Source: Meyerozyma guilliermondii (taxonomy: Eukaryota). From it: a stretch of DNA of 64,000 nucleotides. The position numbers and the translations under genes were made by a program. The stretch's first letter is position 1; each line of letters begins with the position of its first letter. The notes below the pieces were generated by a model. The model was not told where the DNA came from and did no database searches. It saw only the letters and a list, made by a program, of their open reading frames with translations. The stretch lies in NCBI GenBank assembly GCA_051546255.1, contig CP128819.1:868001-932000 (forward strand), given 5' to 3'. Below are positions 46,956-58,382 of this stretch, piece by piece.

Positions 46956-49900
46956 ATGACTTCGCTTCTTTCCACTAGCTCGTCAGGCGACCACGCCAAA
47001 ATCAACCAGATGCGTCGCGAGTCCACCGTCATGGGTCCCATGAACAAAATTTTGGTCGCAAACAGAGGTGAAATTCCTATCCGGATTTTTAGAACTGCCC
47101 ATGAATTGTCGATGCAAACGGTGGCAATTTACTCCCACGAAGATAGATTGTCGATGCATCGACTCAAGGCAGACGAATCGTATGTGATTGGTCACAAGGG
47201 TCAATTTACCCCCGTGCAAGCGTACTTGCAAATTGACGAAATCATCAAGATTGCCAAAACTCACAATGTCAACATGATCCATCCAGGTTATGGATTTTTG
47301 AGTGAGAACTCAGAGTTTGCTCGCAAGGTTGAAGAAGCAGGCATTGCTTGGGTGGGTCCTTCGTACAAGACCATCGATGCCGTCGGTGATAAGGTGAGTG
47401 CTAGAACCTTGGCTATCAAAAACGATGTTCCGGTGGTTCCCGGTACTCCCGGTCCAATTGAAGATGTGGAGGAAGCCGTGAAGTTTGTTGAACAATACGG
47501 ATACCCTGTTATCATCAAGGCCGCTTTTGGTGGTGGTGGAAGAGGTATGCGTGTGGTGAGAGAAGGAGACGATATTGCCGATGCGTTTAAGAGAGCCACT
47601 TCCGAGGCCAAGACGGCGTTCGGCAATGGAACCTGTTTCATCGAGCGTTTCTTGGACAAGCCAAAACATATTGAAGTCCAGTTGTTGGCCGATAGCTACG
47701 GAAACGTGATCCATTTGTTCGAAAGAGATTGTTCGGTTCAAAGAAGACATCAGAAAGTGGTGGAAATTGCTCCTGCCAAGAATCTCCCTCGGTCGGTCAG
47801 AGACGCTATTTTAACCGATGCTGTCAAGTTGGCAACCCTGGCTAACTACAGAAATGCTGGAACCGCAGAATTTTTGGTGGATGCTCAAAATAGACACTAT
47901 TTTATTGAAATCAACCCAAGAATTCAGGTTGAGCACACAATCACCGAGGAAATCACCGGGGTAGATATCGTTGCTGCTCAGATTCAGATTGCTGCCGGTG
48001 CTTCTTTGCAACAATTGGGTCTTTTGCAAGACAAAATCACCACCAGAGGCTTTGCCATTCAGTGTAGAATCACCACCGAAGATCCAGCGAAAAACTTTCA
48101 ACCTGACACGGGAAAAATCGAGGTTTACAGATCCGCAGGTGGAAATGGAGTCCGTTTGGATGGTGGTAATGGATTTGCTGGATCGATCATTTCACCACAT
48201 TACGACTCGATGTTGGTCAAATGTTCTTGTTCGGGATCCACTTTTGAGATTTCTAGAAGAAAGATGTTGCGTGCTTTGATCGAGTTTAGAATTAGAGGTG
48301 TCAAGACCAACATTCCCTTTTTGTTGGCTCTCTTGACAAACGAGACGTTTATCAGCGGGGACTGTTGGACTACATTTATCGACGACACTCCTTCGTTATT
48401 CCAAATGATAAGCTCTCAGAACAGAGCCACCAAGTTGCTCAACTACTTTGGAGATTTGATTGTCAATGGGTCTTCGATCAAGGGTCAAGTGGGTGATCCA
48501 AAGTTGCTTACCGAGGCTCTTATTCCTGAGATTGATGATCCTAAAACTGGTAAACCCATCGATGTGGACAATGTGGCTCCTCCTAGAGGCTGGAGACAGG
48601 TTTTGTTGGAAGAAGGACCCGAGGCTTTCGCTGCCAAGGTTCGTAAATTCAATGGTACTTTGATCATGGATACCACTTGGAGAGATGCTCATCAGTCACT
48701 TTTGGCTACCAGAGTCAGAACAATTGATTTGCTCAATATCGCCCCAACCACTGCTCATGCTCTCAGTGGTGCTTTTGCTTTGGAGTGCTGGGGAGGTGCA
48801 ACGTTTGACGTTTGTATGAGATTTTTGTACGAAGATCCATGGATCAGATTGCGCAAGTTGAGAAAAGCGGTTCCCAACATTCCATTCCAAATGTTGTTGA
48901 GAGGTGCCAACGGAGTTGCCTACTCTTCGTTGCCAGACAATGCCATTGATCATTTTGTATTGCAAGCGAAAGAAAATGGAGTTGACATTTTCAGAGTGTT
49001 CGATGCTTTGAACGATTTGGAACAGTTAAAGGTTGGTATTGATGCCGTGAAGAAGGCTGGAGGTGTTGTGGAAGCCACTGTTTGTTACTCGGGTGACATG
49101 TTGAAGCCAGGCAAAAAGTACAACTTGGAATACTACATGGAAGTGGTGGACAAGATTGTTGCAATGGGAACCCACTTTTTGGGTATAAAGGATATGGCTG
49201 GTACTTTGAAACCCAAGGCCGCTAAGATGTTGGTGGGAGCAATTAGAGCCAAGTACCCTGATCTTCCCATCCATGTTCATACCCATGACTCTGCCGGTAC
49301 CGGTGTCGCTTCTATGACTGAGTGTGCCCGGGCCGGAGCAGATGTGGTAGATGCCGCATCCAACTCCATGTCTGGTATGACTTCTCAGCCATCTATTAGT
49401 GCCATTTTGGCTTCATTTGAAGGAGAAATTGATGGTGGATTGCTGGAATTGATGGTGAGACAATTGGACAATTACTGGGCTCAAATGAGATTATTGTACT
49501 CTTGTTTCGAGGCCGATTTGAAGGGACCAGATCCAGAGGTTTACCAGCACGAAATTCCAGGAGGACAATTGACCAACTTGTTGTTCCAAGCACAGCAATT
49601 GGGTCTTGGTGAAAAATGGCTTTTGACCAAGCAAGCTTATACTGTTGCCAACAAGTTGTTAGGCGATATTGTCAAGGTTACTCCAACCTCGAAGGTTGTT
49701 GGAGACTTGGCTCAGTTCATGGTATCCAACAATCTTACCGAGGAAGATGTTAACAAGTTGGCATCTGAACTTGATTTCCCCGACTCTGTTTTGGACTTTA
49801 TGGAGGGTTTAATGGGCACACCATACGGAGGATTTCCCGAACCATTGAGAACCAACATGTTGGGCAACAAGAGACAAAAGTTGACGTCGCGTCCTGGACT

Positions 49901-50498
49901 CAACTTGAAGCCAATTGACTTTGAAAGTGTCAAGCAAGATTTGATTTCCAAGTTTGGCCCGGATATTTCAGAGTGTGATATTGCTTCGTACATTATGTAT
50001 CCAAAGGTGTACGAAGATTTCCGCAAGGTGCTTGACAAGTATGGTGATTTGTCAGTTGTTCCTACCAGAAGTTTCTTGAAGGGAAGCGGCATCAATGAGG
50101 AAATCGAGGTGGATATCCAGCAGGGTAAGAAGTTGATTATCAAATTGTTGGCAGTGGGAGAAATTTCGCAGCAAACCGGTAGTCGTGAGGTCTTTTTCGA
50201 ATTGAATGGTGAGATGAGATCTGTGACTGTGGATGATAAAACTTCGTCTATCGAGACCAAAACCAGACCCAAGGCTACCCAGCCCAATGATGTGGGTGCC
50301 CCAATGGCGGGAGTTGTCATCGAGGTGAGAACTAAGCACGGATACGAGGTGAAGAAAGGAGACCCCATTGCGGTGCTTTCGGCGATGAAGATGGAGATGG
50401 TTATTAGTTCGCCGGTTTCCGGAAAAGTGGGCGACGTTCTTGTCAAAGAGGGCGATTCGGTCGATGTGAATGATTTGATCACCAGCATCCACAAGTAG
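46956..50498 (+). CDS. PYC1: Pyruvate carboxylase
   Basis: KILVANRGEIPIR, RDCSVQRRHQK, DTTWRDAHQS, WGGATFD, biotin-site AMKM; 1180 aa. Confidence 0.98.
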   Translation: MTSLLSTSSSGDHAKINQMRRESTVMGPMNKILVANRGEIPIRIFRTAHELSMQTVAIYSHEDRLSMHRLKADESYVIGHKGQFTPVQAYLQIDEIIKIAKTHNVNMIHPGYGFLSENSEFARKVEEAGIAWVGPSYKTIDAVGDKVSARTLAIKNDVPVVPGTPGPIEDVEEAVKFVEQYGYPVIIKAAFGGGGRGMRVVREGDDIADAFKRATSEAKTAFGNGTCFIERFLDKPKHIEVQLLADSYGNVIHLFERDCSVQRRHQKVVEIAPAKNLPRSVRDAILTDAVKLATLANYRNAGTAEFLVDAQNRHYFIEINPRIQVEHTITEEITGVDIVAAQIQIAAGASLQQLGLLQDKITTRGFAIQCRITTEDPAKNFQPDTGKIEVYRSAGGNGVRLDGGNGFAGSIISPHYDSMLVKCSCSGSTFEISRRKMLRALIEFRIRGVKTNIPFLLALLTNETFISGDCWTTFIDDTPSLFQMISSQNRATKLLNYFGDLIVNGSSIKGQVGDPKLLTEALIPEIDDPKTGKPIDVDNVAPPRGWRQVLLEEGPEAFAAKVRKFNGTLIMDTTWRDAHQSLLATRVRTIDLLNIAPTTAHALSGAFALECWGGATFDVCMRFLYEDPWIRLRKLRKAVPNIPFQMLLRGANGVAYSSLPDNAIDHFVLQAKENGVDIFRVFDALNDLEQLKVGIDAVKKAGGVVEATVCYSGDMLKPGKKYNLEYYMEVVDKIVAMGTHFLGIKDMAGTLKPKAAKMLVGAIRAKYPDLPIHVHTHDSAGTGVASMTECARAGADVVDAASNSMSGMTSQPSISAILASFEGEIDGGLLELMVRQLDNYWAQMRLLYSCFEADLKGPDPEVYQHEIPGGQLTNLLFQAQQLGLGEKWLLTKQAYTVANKLLGDIVKVTPTSKVVGDLAQFMVSNNLTEEDVNKLASELDFPDSVLDFMEGLMGTPYGGFPEPLRTNMLGNKRQKLTSRPGLNLKPIDFESVKQDLISKFGPDISECDIASYIMYPKVYEDFRKVLDKYGDLSVVPTRSFLKGSGINEEIEVDIQQGKKLIIKLLAVGEISQQTGSREVFFELNGEMRSVTVDDKTSSIETKTRPKATQPNDVGAPMAGVVIEVRTKHGYEVKKGDPIAVLSAMKMEMVISSPVSGKVGDVLVKEGDSVDVNDLITSIHK

Positions 50499-50755
50499 TT
50501 ATTTATTAAGACAATTTAAAGTATCATAAATTGTTAGTCAAGTAGCAACTAAATACGCATAACTTGATACTGCCAGCTAATGTCACTTATTTGCACTGGT
50601 AAATGTCACTAATGTCACTTATGGTTCATTTGCTTGTCATCAATGAAGCCTAAAGTCATCTCGTTCTAATAGTCTTTCGCATCCAATACGCATGATCGGA
50701 TTAGCCATTCTAATTTACAATCTAATTTATTCATTCAGCTCTGTTATTCGTGTAC

Positions 50756-51142
50756 TCATCTCTTCGTATTAGGCGTTCGTGGCCGCTTCACGCCTCTTTT
50801 TGTTTCTCGAGCTTCGAGCTTTCGAGTCAATTCTTCGTTGTCTTGGCGAAGCGATGCCAACGTTTCTGTCAATTCTTTCTCCTGTTGAAGCCGCGACTCG
50901 ATATATCCTTCTTCCTCCTCTAACTGCCAATGGGGGTTTGTCAAAATGTCTCTGGTGAAGTTTGTTTGTGAAAGTATTTGGACCCATTTATTGAGAAGTT
51001 TTTGTGTATCATCCGTGGCTTCATGAGTGATGGCTATATTTTGTCTGGTGGTTCTGAGAGTGCCTATGAGGTCTGACACGGCGGCATTGACGGTCTCGAG
51101 CTGCCTGAGCTCTTTTTCAAGAGCAGCGTGTCTGTCGGACAT
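50756..51142 (-). CDS. DUO1: DASH/Dam1 complex subunit Duo1
   Basis: LEKEL.QL..VN...LLNKWVQILSQT...NPHW; adjacent to PYC as in S. cerevisiae. Confidence 0.88.
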   Translation of the reverse strand: MSDRHAALEKELRQLETVNAAVSDLIGTLRTTRQNIAITHEATDDTQKLLNKWVQILSQTNFTRDILTNPHWQLEEEEGYIESRLQQEKELTETLASLRQDNEELTRKLEARETKRGVKRPRTPNTKR

Positions 51143-51229
51143 CGAAGGTGCTAATAATTATTGAGTGCGATTGAGAACGGTGCGAATTGAGAATGCAGTC
51201 CGAACTTTGAGCGCGAAAATCAACTCGTT

Positions 51230-51589
51230 ATGGAAGACTTACCCACCCGGTGGGAGGTGGAACTCGAGTTTGTGCAATCTCTTGCCAACATCCAGTATCT
51301 CAGCTACTTAGCCCAGAACGAGTATCTCAAAAAACCAGAATTCTTGGCGTATCTCGAATATTTGAACTACTGGAGACGTCCGGAATATGCTCGTTATGTG
51401 GTTTATTCCAATTGCTTGCACATTTTAACATTGTTACAAACACAGGAGTTTCGTGACAATATCGTCAAGCCTGAGTTTATTAACATGTTGATGAACGATA
51501 TGGTGAAGCGGTGGCAAGATTCTGATGATGTGACGTTCACACCGACGGAGAATGGGGAAAAAAAGAGTGAGGGTGAAAAGGAGAAATAG
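51230..51589 (+). CDS. SOH1: Mediator subunit Med31
   Basis: [32 protein letters not shown]. Confidence 0.95.
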   Translation: MEDLPTRWEVELEFVQSLANIQYLSYLAQNEYLKKPEFLAYLEYLNYWRRPEYARYVVYSNCLHILTLLQTQEFRDNIVKPEFINMLMNDMVKRWQDSDDVTFTPTENGEKKSEGEKEK

Positions 51590-51886
51590 AGAATACAGAG
51601 AAGAGAGCTCAATCCAGAGATGAAGAAGACGAAAACAGCCAAGGAAAATGAATACAGAAAAAATAACCTGAAACGAATCAGAAGAACCAACAAACCATTC
51701 AGACGACTAGACGACTAGACGACTCAACAATGCGCGCTTTTGTTCCTCCATTGAATTCATTCTTCGCACTGTTTTCACCGACTCTCCGCGCAACCTCTTC
51801 GCAATCTCTCGCAGCAATCTCGTCTCCCAACCATTTCCACTTCGCGTCCATTTATACACCACTTTACCGCGAACCTTTACGCCACC

Positions 51887-52771
51887 ATGGCAAACACTGA
51901 AACGTATAATGCCCACTTTCAGTGGCTCCACTCGATACCCATGAGGCTAAAGCAGTACCGAGTGTCGTTGGCTGAATTCCTGTTCCTAGTTTCGTTTCCT
52001 ATCAACTTTATTGTTGGCAAAACCATCCATTGGTGTGGTCCCGAAGAAGAGGTGTACAACTACTACAACAACAAAAACAACGTGTTCAACCAAATTTTCG
52101 TGAAAAGAGGATGGTTCTGGACGACGGTGGTGTTGGTGGCTTTCTATGGTGTTATCTTCACATCAACAACCCACTCCTACATTAAAGACACTCCCTACTC
52201 TCAGAGAATGCACTTGTTACGTCGCACATTAATGAGATATTTGGTGATGACAGTGTGGTGGGTGTTGTTCACCCAGTGGTGTTTTGGGTTGCCACTCATG
52301 GACAAGGTGTTTGTGTATACGGGAGGTAAATGTGCCAATGTTCTGTCGGCAGCGGTTGCGGGAATGGAAGCATTCTTCACAGCCACTTCGTCGCCAGCGG
52401 TGTACGAGTCCAACAAAATCACCTCATATATGTGTCGCCGGCTAAAGGGAACGTGGCAGGGAGGTCATGATCCTTCAGGGCATGTTTTCTTGCTTACTCA
52501 TCTGTCGCTCTATCTCTTTCACGAAATCTTACCGTACTGGGACTGGAGTCGAGCACAGGCCGCGGTGACGAATTTCCGGTCGCACAACGGGCTGGTTCGC
52601 GAGCTTGTGTTGACGCTTCCTCATTTGGTGGTGGCGCTGCTCATTGGGTTGTGGTGGTTCATGCTTTTGATGACGAACATCTACTTTCATTCTGTGGGGG
52701 AAAAGTTTGTGGGGTTGATGTTTGGATTTGTGGCAGTAGCGGTGGTGTACTATATGCCGCGATGGAGATAG
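51887..52771 (+). CDS. SCS3: FIT-family ER acyl-CoA diphosphatase
   Basis: YYNNKNNVFNQIFVKRGWFWT, WCFGLPLMD, GGHDPSGHVFLL, TNIYFHS..EK. Confidence 0.92.
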   Translation: MANTETYNAHFQWLHSIPMRLKQYRVSLAEFLFLVSFPINFIVGKTIHWCGPEEEVYNYYNNKNNVFNQIFVKRGWFWTTVVLVAFYGVIFTSTTHSYIKDTPYSQRMHLLRRTLMRYLVMTVWWVLFTQWCFGLPLMDKVFVYTGGKCANVLSAAVAGMEAFFTATSSPAVYESNKITSYMCRRLKGTWQGGHDPSGHVFLLTHLSLYLFHEILPYWDWSRAQAAVTNFRSHNGLVRELVLTLPHLVVALLIGLWWFMLLMTNIYFHSVGEKFVGLMFGFVAVAVVYYMPRWR

Positions 52772-52805
52772 AGCCGCGGCCAAAGAAGATTAGACGAGAT
52801 TAGAC

Positions 52806-52899
52806 GAGACGAGAAGATGCAAAGAATTAGGAGACGAGAAGATGCAAAAGAATCAGGAGACGAAAAGATGCAAAAGAATCAGGAGACGAAAAGATGCAA
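52806..52899. repeat. 25-26 bp tandem repeat GAGACGA(A/G)AAGATGCAAAAGAAT(C/T)AG, ~3.6 copies
   Basis: Units start at 52806, 52831, 52857 and 52883, just downstream of SCS3. Confidence 0.9.
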
Positions 52900-53358
52900 T
52901 AAATAGGATAACGAGCTACATGTACAATATTATTTAGTTAAACCAATGGCATCCACACCTATATCAATTGGTTCAACTCGTCATCGTTTGACAAGTAGCT
53001 AGAACTCTCTTGTCTCATACTTTTGACTGAATTTGTATGAAGTATCTGTACCTAATTCGGTCCAATTCTCAAATACTATAACTCTACAATAATTCTATAA
53101 ATCTTCAGCAACTAATTTCCATCTTAGTGTGATTTAATCCGAGAGATATTAGGACATCGCTGCCGCGCGAAATCTCCCATCAGTTTCCTCCACTTCTCCA
53201 CCCCTTCTCCCTTGTTTGTGTGCACTCCAGCGCGCGTTTCGCGTTGGAACACGAAATGTTTCACTCTTTCGCGTCTAGCTATGTACGGCTAGCGTGAGGT
53301 TTTTTCGGTGGTTTCTTCTCGTTCTTTCTTCGTGGTCCTTGTCTTTCGTTAATACCCA

Positions 53359-55869
53359 ATGCTCCTCGGGTTCCTACTCTTGTTTGTACGAGCCGTGGCT
53401 GCCTCCGTATACTTGGGGTTTCCGTTCAGTGAACAGCTTCCCAATGTGGCTCGGGTCAACCAATCCTATACTTTTACTATGGCGAACACCACCTACAAAT
53501 CGTCCGACGGAACCGTGCTGTATTCGGCTCTGAACCTCCCCAAGTGGTTGTCGTTCGATTCTGGGTCGCGTACGTTTTCAGGAACGCCGTCAAAGGACGA
53601 TGAGGGCACGTTCGAAATCACCCTTTCTGGAACAGATTCTTCTGACGGGTCCACAATATCCAACAATTACTCCATGATAGTCTCCGCCGACAAAGGGTTG
53701 CACTTGACGTCGCCAGACGTCATGTTCACGCAAATTGCCCGCTATGGAGACACCAATGGCCACGACGGGTTAGTGGTGAAACAGGGCCAGCAATTCAGTC
53801 TTAAATTTGACTCTTCTGTGTTCGAGTCCGACTCAGGTGCCACCCGAAGCATCGTAGCGTACTACGGACGGTCGCTGGACCGGGGATCGCTTCCCAATTG
53901 GATCAATTTTGACTCAAACACCTTGACTTTTTCAGGTACCGTTCCCTATGTCACATCGGAAAACGCTCCGTCCATGGAATATGGCTTCAGCTTCATAGCG
54001 TCCGACTACAAGGGCTATGCTGGGTCCGAGGGAATCTTCAAGTTGGTGGTGGGAGGCCATCAATTGAGTACATCGTTGAACGAAACCATCAAACTTAACG
54101 GTACTCTTCGCAGTGAAATTGACGAACAAGTGCCAATTCTCTCGTCTGTGTTTCTAGACGGCAACAAGATTTCCCGGGATAACATTTCCACCGTTTCTGG
54201 CGAAGATCTCCCCGATTATCTCCACTTCAATCTGGACAATTATACCATCACTGGTGAGTTTCCCGAAAAGTCAACGTTCGACAACTTCACCATTATGGTC
54301 TACGATGTATACGGCAATTCCGTCGAGTTGCCATACCTGATCGATGCCATTGGCTCGGTGTTCACCGTCAAAGATCTCCCCGATGTCAATGCTACTCGCG
54401 GTCAATTCTTCTCGTACCAATTGATGAAGTCCATTTTTACCGACTACAACAATACCAAAGTTTCGGTGGCTTTGGACAATGCCAGCTGGCTCACCTACCA
54501 TCAAGACAACATGACATTCAATGGTATTACTCCCAAGAAATTCGACCTGTTGACCGCCAAGATTACTGCAGAGTCAGACTACGATGAGGAAACAAAGTCG
54601 CTTAATATCAATGGTGTCGACAAAACAAAGACGTCGTCTTCCTCCTCGTCTTCCGCGACCTCATCGTCTTCGTCTTCACCTACACCTTCATCTTCCTCGA
54701 CCGAAGCATCTAATCAAAACCATAAAAAGTCATCTGGTATAAATCGAAAAGCCTTGGCTATTGGATTGGGAGTTGGGATTCCGGCATTCCTCATACTTCT
54801 CGCTGCATTGATCTTCGTTGTTTGCTTGTGCAGAAGGAGAAGAAACACCAACAAAGACTCCGATAATCCAGAAGCTGACATGAGTAATACTACTGCGACA
54901 GGTTTCGCTGCCAATGAGAAAGGTACCTCGGAAGATACTGCTAGACAGGCTGGAGTCCTAGGTGCTTTGAAGTCCACAAACATGGAGAGCAATTCCACAT
55001 CTTCGTCTATCACTCACGTCGATTCTCATTCTGACGAAGACAGGTTTTACGATGCTACTGAAAAGCCACTCAAGTCGTGGAGAGCAGACGATGTTTCCGA
55101 TGATGCCAATGGTGGTACCGCGGCTGGAAATGCTGCTCTCTATAGAGCCTCGAATGGTTCTATGAGCACCGTCAATACCGAACAATTGTTCTCGGTGAGG
55201 TTAATCGACGACAATTCGTACCGGCAATCCAATCAGTCGTCACTTCCCGCTGGGCAATTTATGAGCAATGGCTCTTTAAACGCCTTGTTGAACCGAAGCG
55301 ATTCAGGCAACTTCCAACGAATTGATAGCGATGGTAATATCATTACTTCCCCCAACCAATCCCCCAAAAAGAAGATCTCCAGGTCTCCTTCTGAAAACCT
55401 TCATGTCCTCATGGAAGAGTCCGGCAGCCGAGACGTAAGCGGTAGCAGCCATAATAAGCAAACGCTCGAGCCACAAGACAAACCTAGTGGAGCCAGCAGC
55501 TTCAAATTCTTGAATCGTTTCAATGATTCGGAACCTAATTCAAGCAACCCATCTGCATCTTCTAGTGACCAACAAATCAGCCAAAGCTTGGTAGGTGACT
55601 TCAAAGCTACAAGACACCAAGACGGAACTTTCCAGTGGTTGGACAATTCCAGAGAGAACCTCTTACCAGAAAGCCCGCCCATTTCCCCGGTCAAGGCACG
55701 GCCAGTTTCACAACATTCTAATGGGAGCAGAATCAGCATAAACAACTACGTTGGAAACAAGGCCAAATTGGTGGACTTTACCAGAAAAGGCAGTTTACGA
55801 GAGTCTGCGTACGAACCTGATTACCAGTATCAGGAAGAATCAGCACAGATTCAAAACGACAGTGATTAG
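53359..55869 (+). CDS. AXL2: Axial bud-site selection protein (cadherin-like repeats, single TM)
   Basis: Signal peptide, EQLPNVARV, LPKWLSFD...FSGTP repeats, TM AIGLGVGIP...CRRRR, KAKLVDF. Confidence 0.92.
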   Translation: MLLGFLLLFVRAVAASVYLGFPFSEQLPNVARVNQSYTFTMANTTYKSSDGTVLYSALNLPKWLSFDSGSRTFSGTPSKDDEGTFEITLSGTDSSDGSTISNNYSMIVSADKGLHLTSPDVMFTQIARYGDTNGHDGLVVKQGQQFSLKFDSSVFESDSGATRSIVAYYGRSLDRGSLPNWINFDSNTLTFSGTVPYVTSENAPSMEYGFSFIASDYKGYAGSEGIFKLVVGGHQLSTSLNETIKLNGTLRSEIDEQVPILSSVFLDGNKISRDNISTVSGEDLPDYLHFNLDNYTITGEFPEKSTFDNFTIMVYDVYGNSVELPYLIDAIGSVFTVKDLPDVNATRGQFFSYQLMKSIFTDYNNTKVSVALDNASWLTYHQDNMTFNGITPKKFDLLTAKITAESDYDEETKSLNINGVDKTKTSSSSSSSATSSSSSSPTPSSSSTEASNQNHKKSSGINRKALAIGLGVGIPAFLILLAALIFVVCLCRRRRNTNKDSDNPEADMSNTTATGFAANEKGTSEDTARQAGVLGALKSTNMESNSTSSSITHVDSHSDEDRFYDATEKPLKSWRADDVSDDANGGTAAGNAALYRASNGSMSTVNTEQLFSVRLIDDNSYRQSNQSSLPAGQFMSNGSLNALLNRSDSGNFQRIDSDGNIITSPNQSPKKKISRSPSENLHVLMEESGSRDVSGSSHNKQTLEPQDKPSGASSFKFLNRFNDSEPNSSNPSASSSDQQISQSLVGDFKATRHQDGTFQWLDNSRENLLPESPPISPVKARPVSQHSNGSRISINNYVGNKAKLVDFTRKGSLRESAYEPDYQYQEESAQIQNDSD

Positions 55870-55924
55870 CTCAAGTGACTAACGAATAAGATGTATAATT
55901 AGGTAGTAATGGAATTAATGTCTA

Positions 55925-57448
55925 TTAATGGACCCGTGGTAAGGTATCGACAAAGAGGGCAGTATCTTGGGCTCTTCTTCTTCCACTCACATACTCCATC
56001 ATTTCAGAATATGTCTGAGGAATTACCAGGCAGTATCCTGGGTTGTTGTCGCCCAAAGCGTTTTTAGGCACGAAAAACGAGTATATGAACGAACCAGCTT
56101 CCTTGGCTTTGACACTGCTCAAGTCTTTGATGGTGGTATCTACTTTGACCTGAATCAAAGTTCCTGGTTCAGACAAGAACGCATCAGGATTATCGGAGAT
56201 TTTATTCGTGGCTGGCAACTTGAAGTTGAACGGAGTATCAGCATCGATATCGCTTGGTCCCTCGTGAATGTGCTCGGTGTAGGTTACGGAAGCTGCCATT
56301 GAAAGCACCGAACCGACAGGAACTGGGTTCTTGAAAGTGGTGGAGTCCAAAGACACAAACCTTGGGCCGGCGGAACTGAAATCTGCCGCAGCACAGTAGG
56401 CCAATTCAAACGTTTGTCTGAGCAAATAGCCACCGAAAATCATGTAGGAATGCCTGTTTCTGTATTGCGGTTGCATGAAGAGTGTGGAAGTGACTCGAGA
56501 GTCTTTCATGAATACCAAATCGCGAGTCTTAGACGACGACCCGAGCGCTTTGGACGAGTTCCACATGTCGTAGATAAGTCTGTTTTCCTCGTCCGTGGGT
56601 CTCATTATGCCCTGGTCCTTGGCAGCCATTTTCTTCTTCGCATTATGAGACTCTGCTCTTCTGTAGTCGATCCACTCCTGTTCAGAAACTGGCAAAAGAC
56701 GGTTGATTGCAAAAGATTTGTGGGTGATGGGGTTTCTGGCCACAAACGTGAAGTTTGCAGTCAAAAACACATTTTCTTGTGGGAGAGTTTGCTCGGTGAT
56801 ATCTTGAGGAACCTCGTTTTCAAAAGCGTAGCCCTTTACGGAGATTTCCATAGACGACCGTCCGGTCCAAGTGACCGAGCCGGCTAGAATAAAGTTGTAG
56901 TTGACAATCTCGTCCACTTTTTTCACCATGTAGATACGATCAACCGAAGCAGTCACATTGACAGGCTCGGCTGGAGCACAGTGACGGTATGCGATTCGGC
57001 CCGCCAAAGCATCCAAGTCCTGGAAAAGCTGGCCCGCTCTCAACCGGCCAAAAGCGTTGATATACGAGTCACAAAGCCATTTGTCGTCTTTGAAAGGAAG
57101 ATTCAAGTACGTGAAAGATTCACTTCGGGTTTTTTCTCCAACATCATAAGTCTTCGGAGTAACGTACGAATAGCTATCCAACACCTTTCCCTCGGCCAAT
57201 TGTTTCTCGCGCTCTCTGAGAGCATCTATCCACGTAGCCTTGTTTGGAATGTCCTGCGAATCGTTCTTATCGGCAAGAACCGTGGCAGTAGCATCGGCAG
57301 CTGCCGATGGGTCATCGGAACCGGCAGTGTCAGGACGATGAAAATTAACTTTTGTAGCATTGAAACGTACGAACTGGTACGCCAGAGCACGCGACACTCG
57401 CGAGACTCTCAAGCTGCGAACAGCTACCGATAAAGTTGTGGGTCGCAT
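55925..57448 (-). CDS. Mitochondrial double-HotDog acyl-CoA thioesterase (ACOT9-like)
   Basis: Presequence; GQLFQDLDALAG, VTASVDRI, VTWTGRSSME, IFGGYLLRQTFELAY, FKNPVPVGS. Confidence 0.88.
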   Translation of the reverse strand: MRPTTLSVAVRSLRVSRVSRALAYQFVRFNATKVNFHRPDTAGSDDPSAAADATATVLADKNDSQDIPNKATWIDALREREKQLAEGKVLDSYSYVTPKTYDVGEKTRSESFTYLNLPFKDDKWLCDSYINAFGRLRAGQLFQDLDALAGRIAYRHCAPAEPVNVTASVDRIYMVKKVDEIVNYNFILAGSVTWTGRSSMEISVKGYAFENEVPQDITEQTLPQENVFLTANFTFVARNPITHKSFAINRLLPVSEQEWIDYRRAESHNAKKKMAAKDQGIMRPTDEENRLIYDMWNSSKALGSSSKTRDLVFMKDSRVTSTLFMQPQYRNRHSYMIFGGYLLRQTFELAYCAAADFSSAGPRFVSLDSTTFKNPVPVGSVLSMAASVTYTEHIHEGPSDIDADTPFNFKLPATNKISDNPDAFLSEPGTLIQVKVDTTIKDLSSVKAKEAGSFIYSFFVPKNALGDNNPGYCLVIPQTYSEMMEYVSGRRRAQDTALFVDTLPRVH

Positions 57449-58382
57449 TGATGAGACACTGGATAGTGGAGGCTTTTATATCTTATCGTTCCACACAGAC
57501 CCGGCGGGTCACGTGACGAGACCCGTTGGGTTCCGGGCCATCCCCGCCCAGCGATGCCAACAGAACAGATGCCAACATCGGGAAAATAATTGGTGACAGC
57601 AAGAGATTTATGAATTGTGAGCGTTGTGAGATGAATTTGGGGCAGTGGGGTGCATTTGCAACGGTGTAGGGGCATCGATGGAGTCGGAAGATGAGCCGCG
57701 CCGGAAAAATTGTGGATAAACTGATGATTAGGCTTAAAAATTTTGGGGGATACGAATTGGCTCTTTAGCAGAAGGGTCAACTGTCAAAGACAGGTCAAGT
57801 ATGAGAATAGGTGAATTGGGCACAGTTATTTTGGGGTTTCCGTTTATAGAGTGTGTTACCTTTGGTTGCAAATGGGTGCGAAAAGTATTTGGAGCAACCC
57901 TCGAAAACCTGCGATCGGAGGTCATATTTGAGTGAGAGACACCGGATCAACTTGACAATTAATGGAAACACAGGAAACTGATGGAGAATTGTTATATGAG
58001 GTACAAGTCATATATAATGTACACTCGCCCGAAAGGTGCGAATAATCGAATACGAAAGATTTGACAGTGGCCTTCGACTTCAGTCCTCTCCATTTATCTT
58101 TAACTAACAAAAAATGGTATGATATTTTGAACAGATTCACATGATACTCAATGGATGGTATTGTTCAAACTCAAGATGAGGTGGAGCTTGCCACTAAGCT
58201 ATATATGTTTCAGCATCGTAACTAAATAGCTAAATAGCCAAATGTAGATCCCAACTGGTTTTTGCAGTCGAAGGTGGTGGTTGGTGGTTGGATGTCCTCC
58301 TTACCTAAGCCGGGGTTCAATGTCCGAGTCGTGTGCGACCGCCGGTCTTCATCGTTCCGTTCTTCTTTCCTATCACTACATC

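Noticed and set aside
49712..50494. 260-aa minus-strand ORF and other ORFs opposite PYC
   Set aside because: Antisense shadows of a strongly codon-biased gene.
52806..52899. CRISPR-like appearance of the 24-26 bp repeats (also 41151-41345)
   Set aside because: Head-to-tail tandem units without unique spacers, eukaryotic context, no cas genes.
57721..57745. CTGATGA as a hammerhead core or box C
   Set aside because: No stem II-GAAA-stem III arrangement and no convincing box D/terminal stem.
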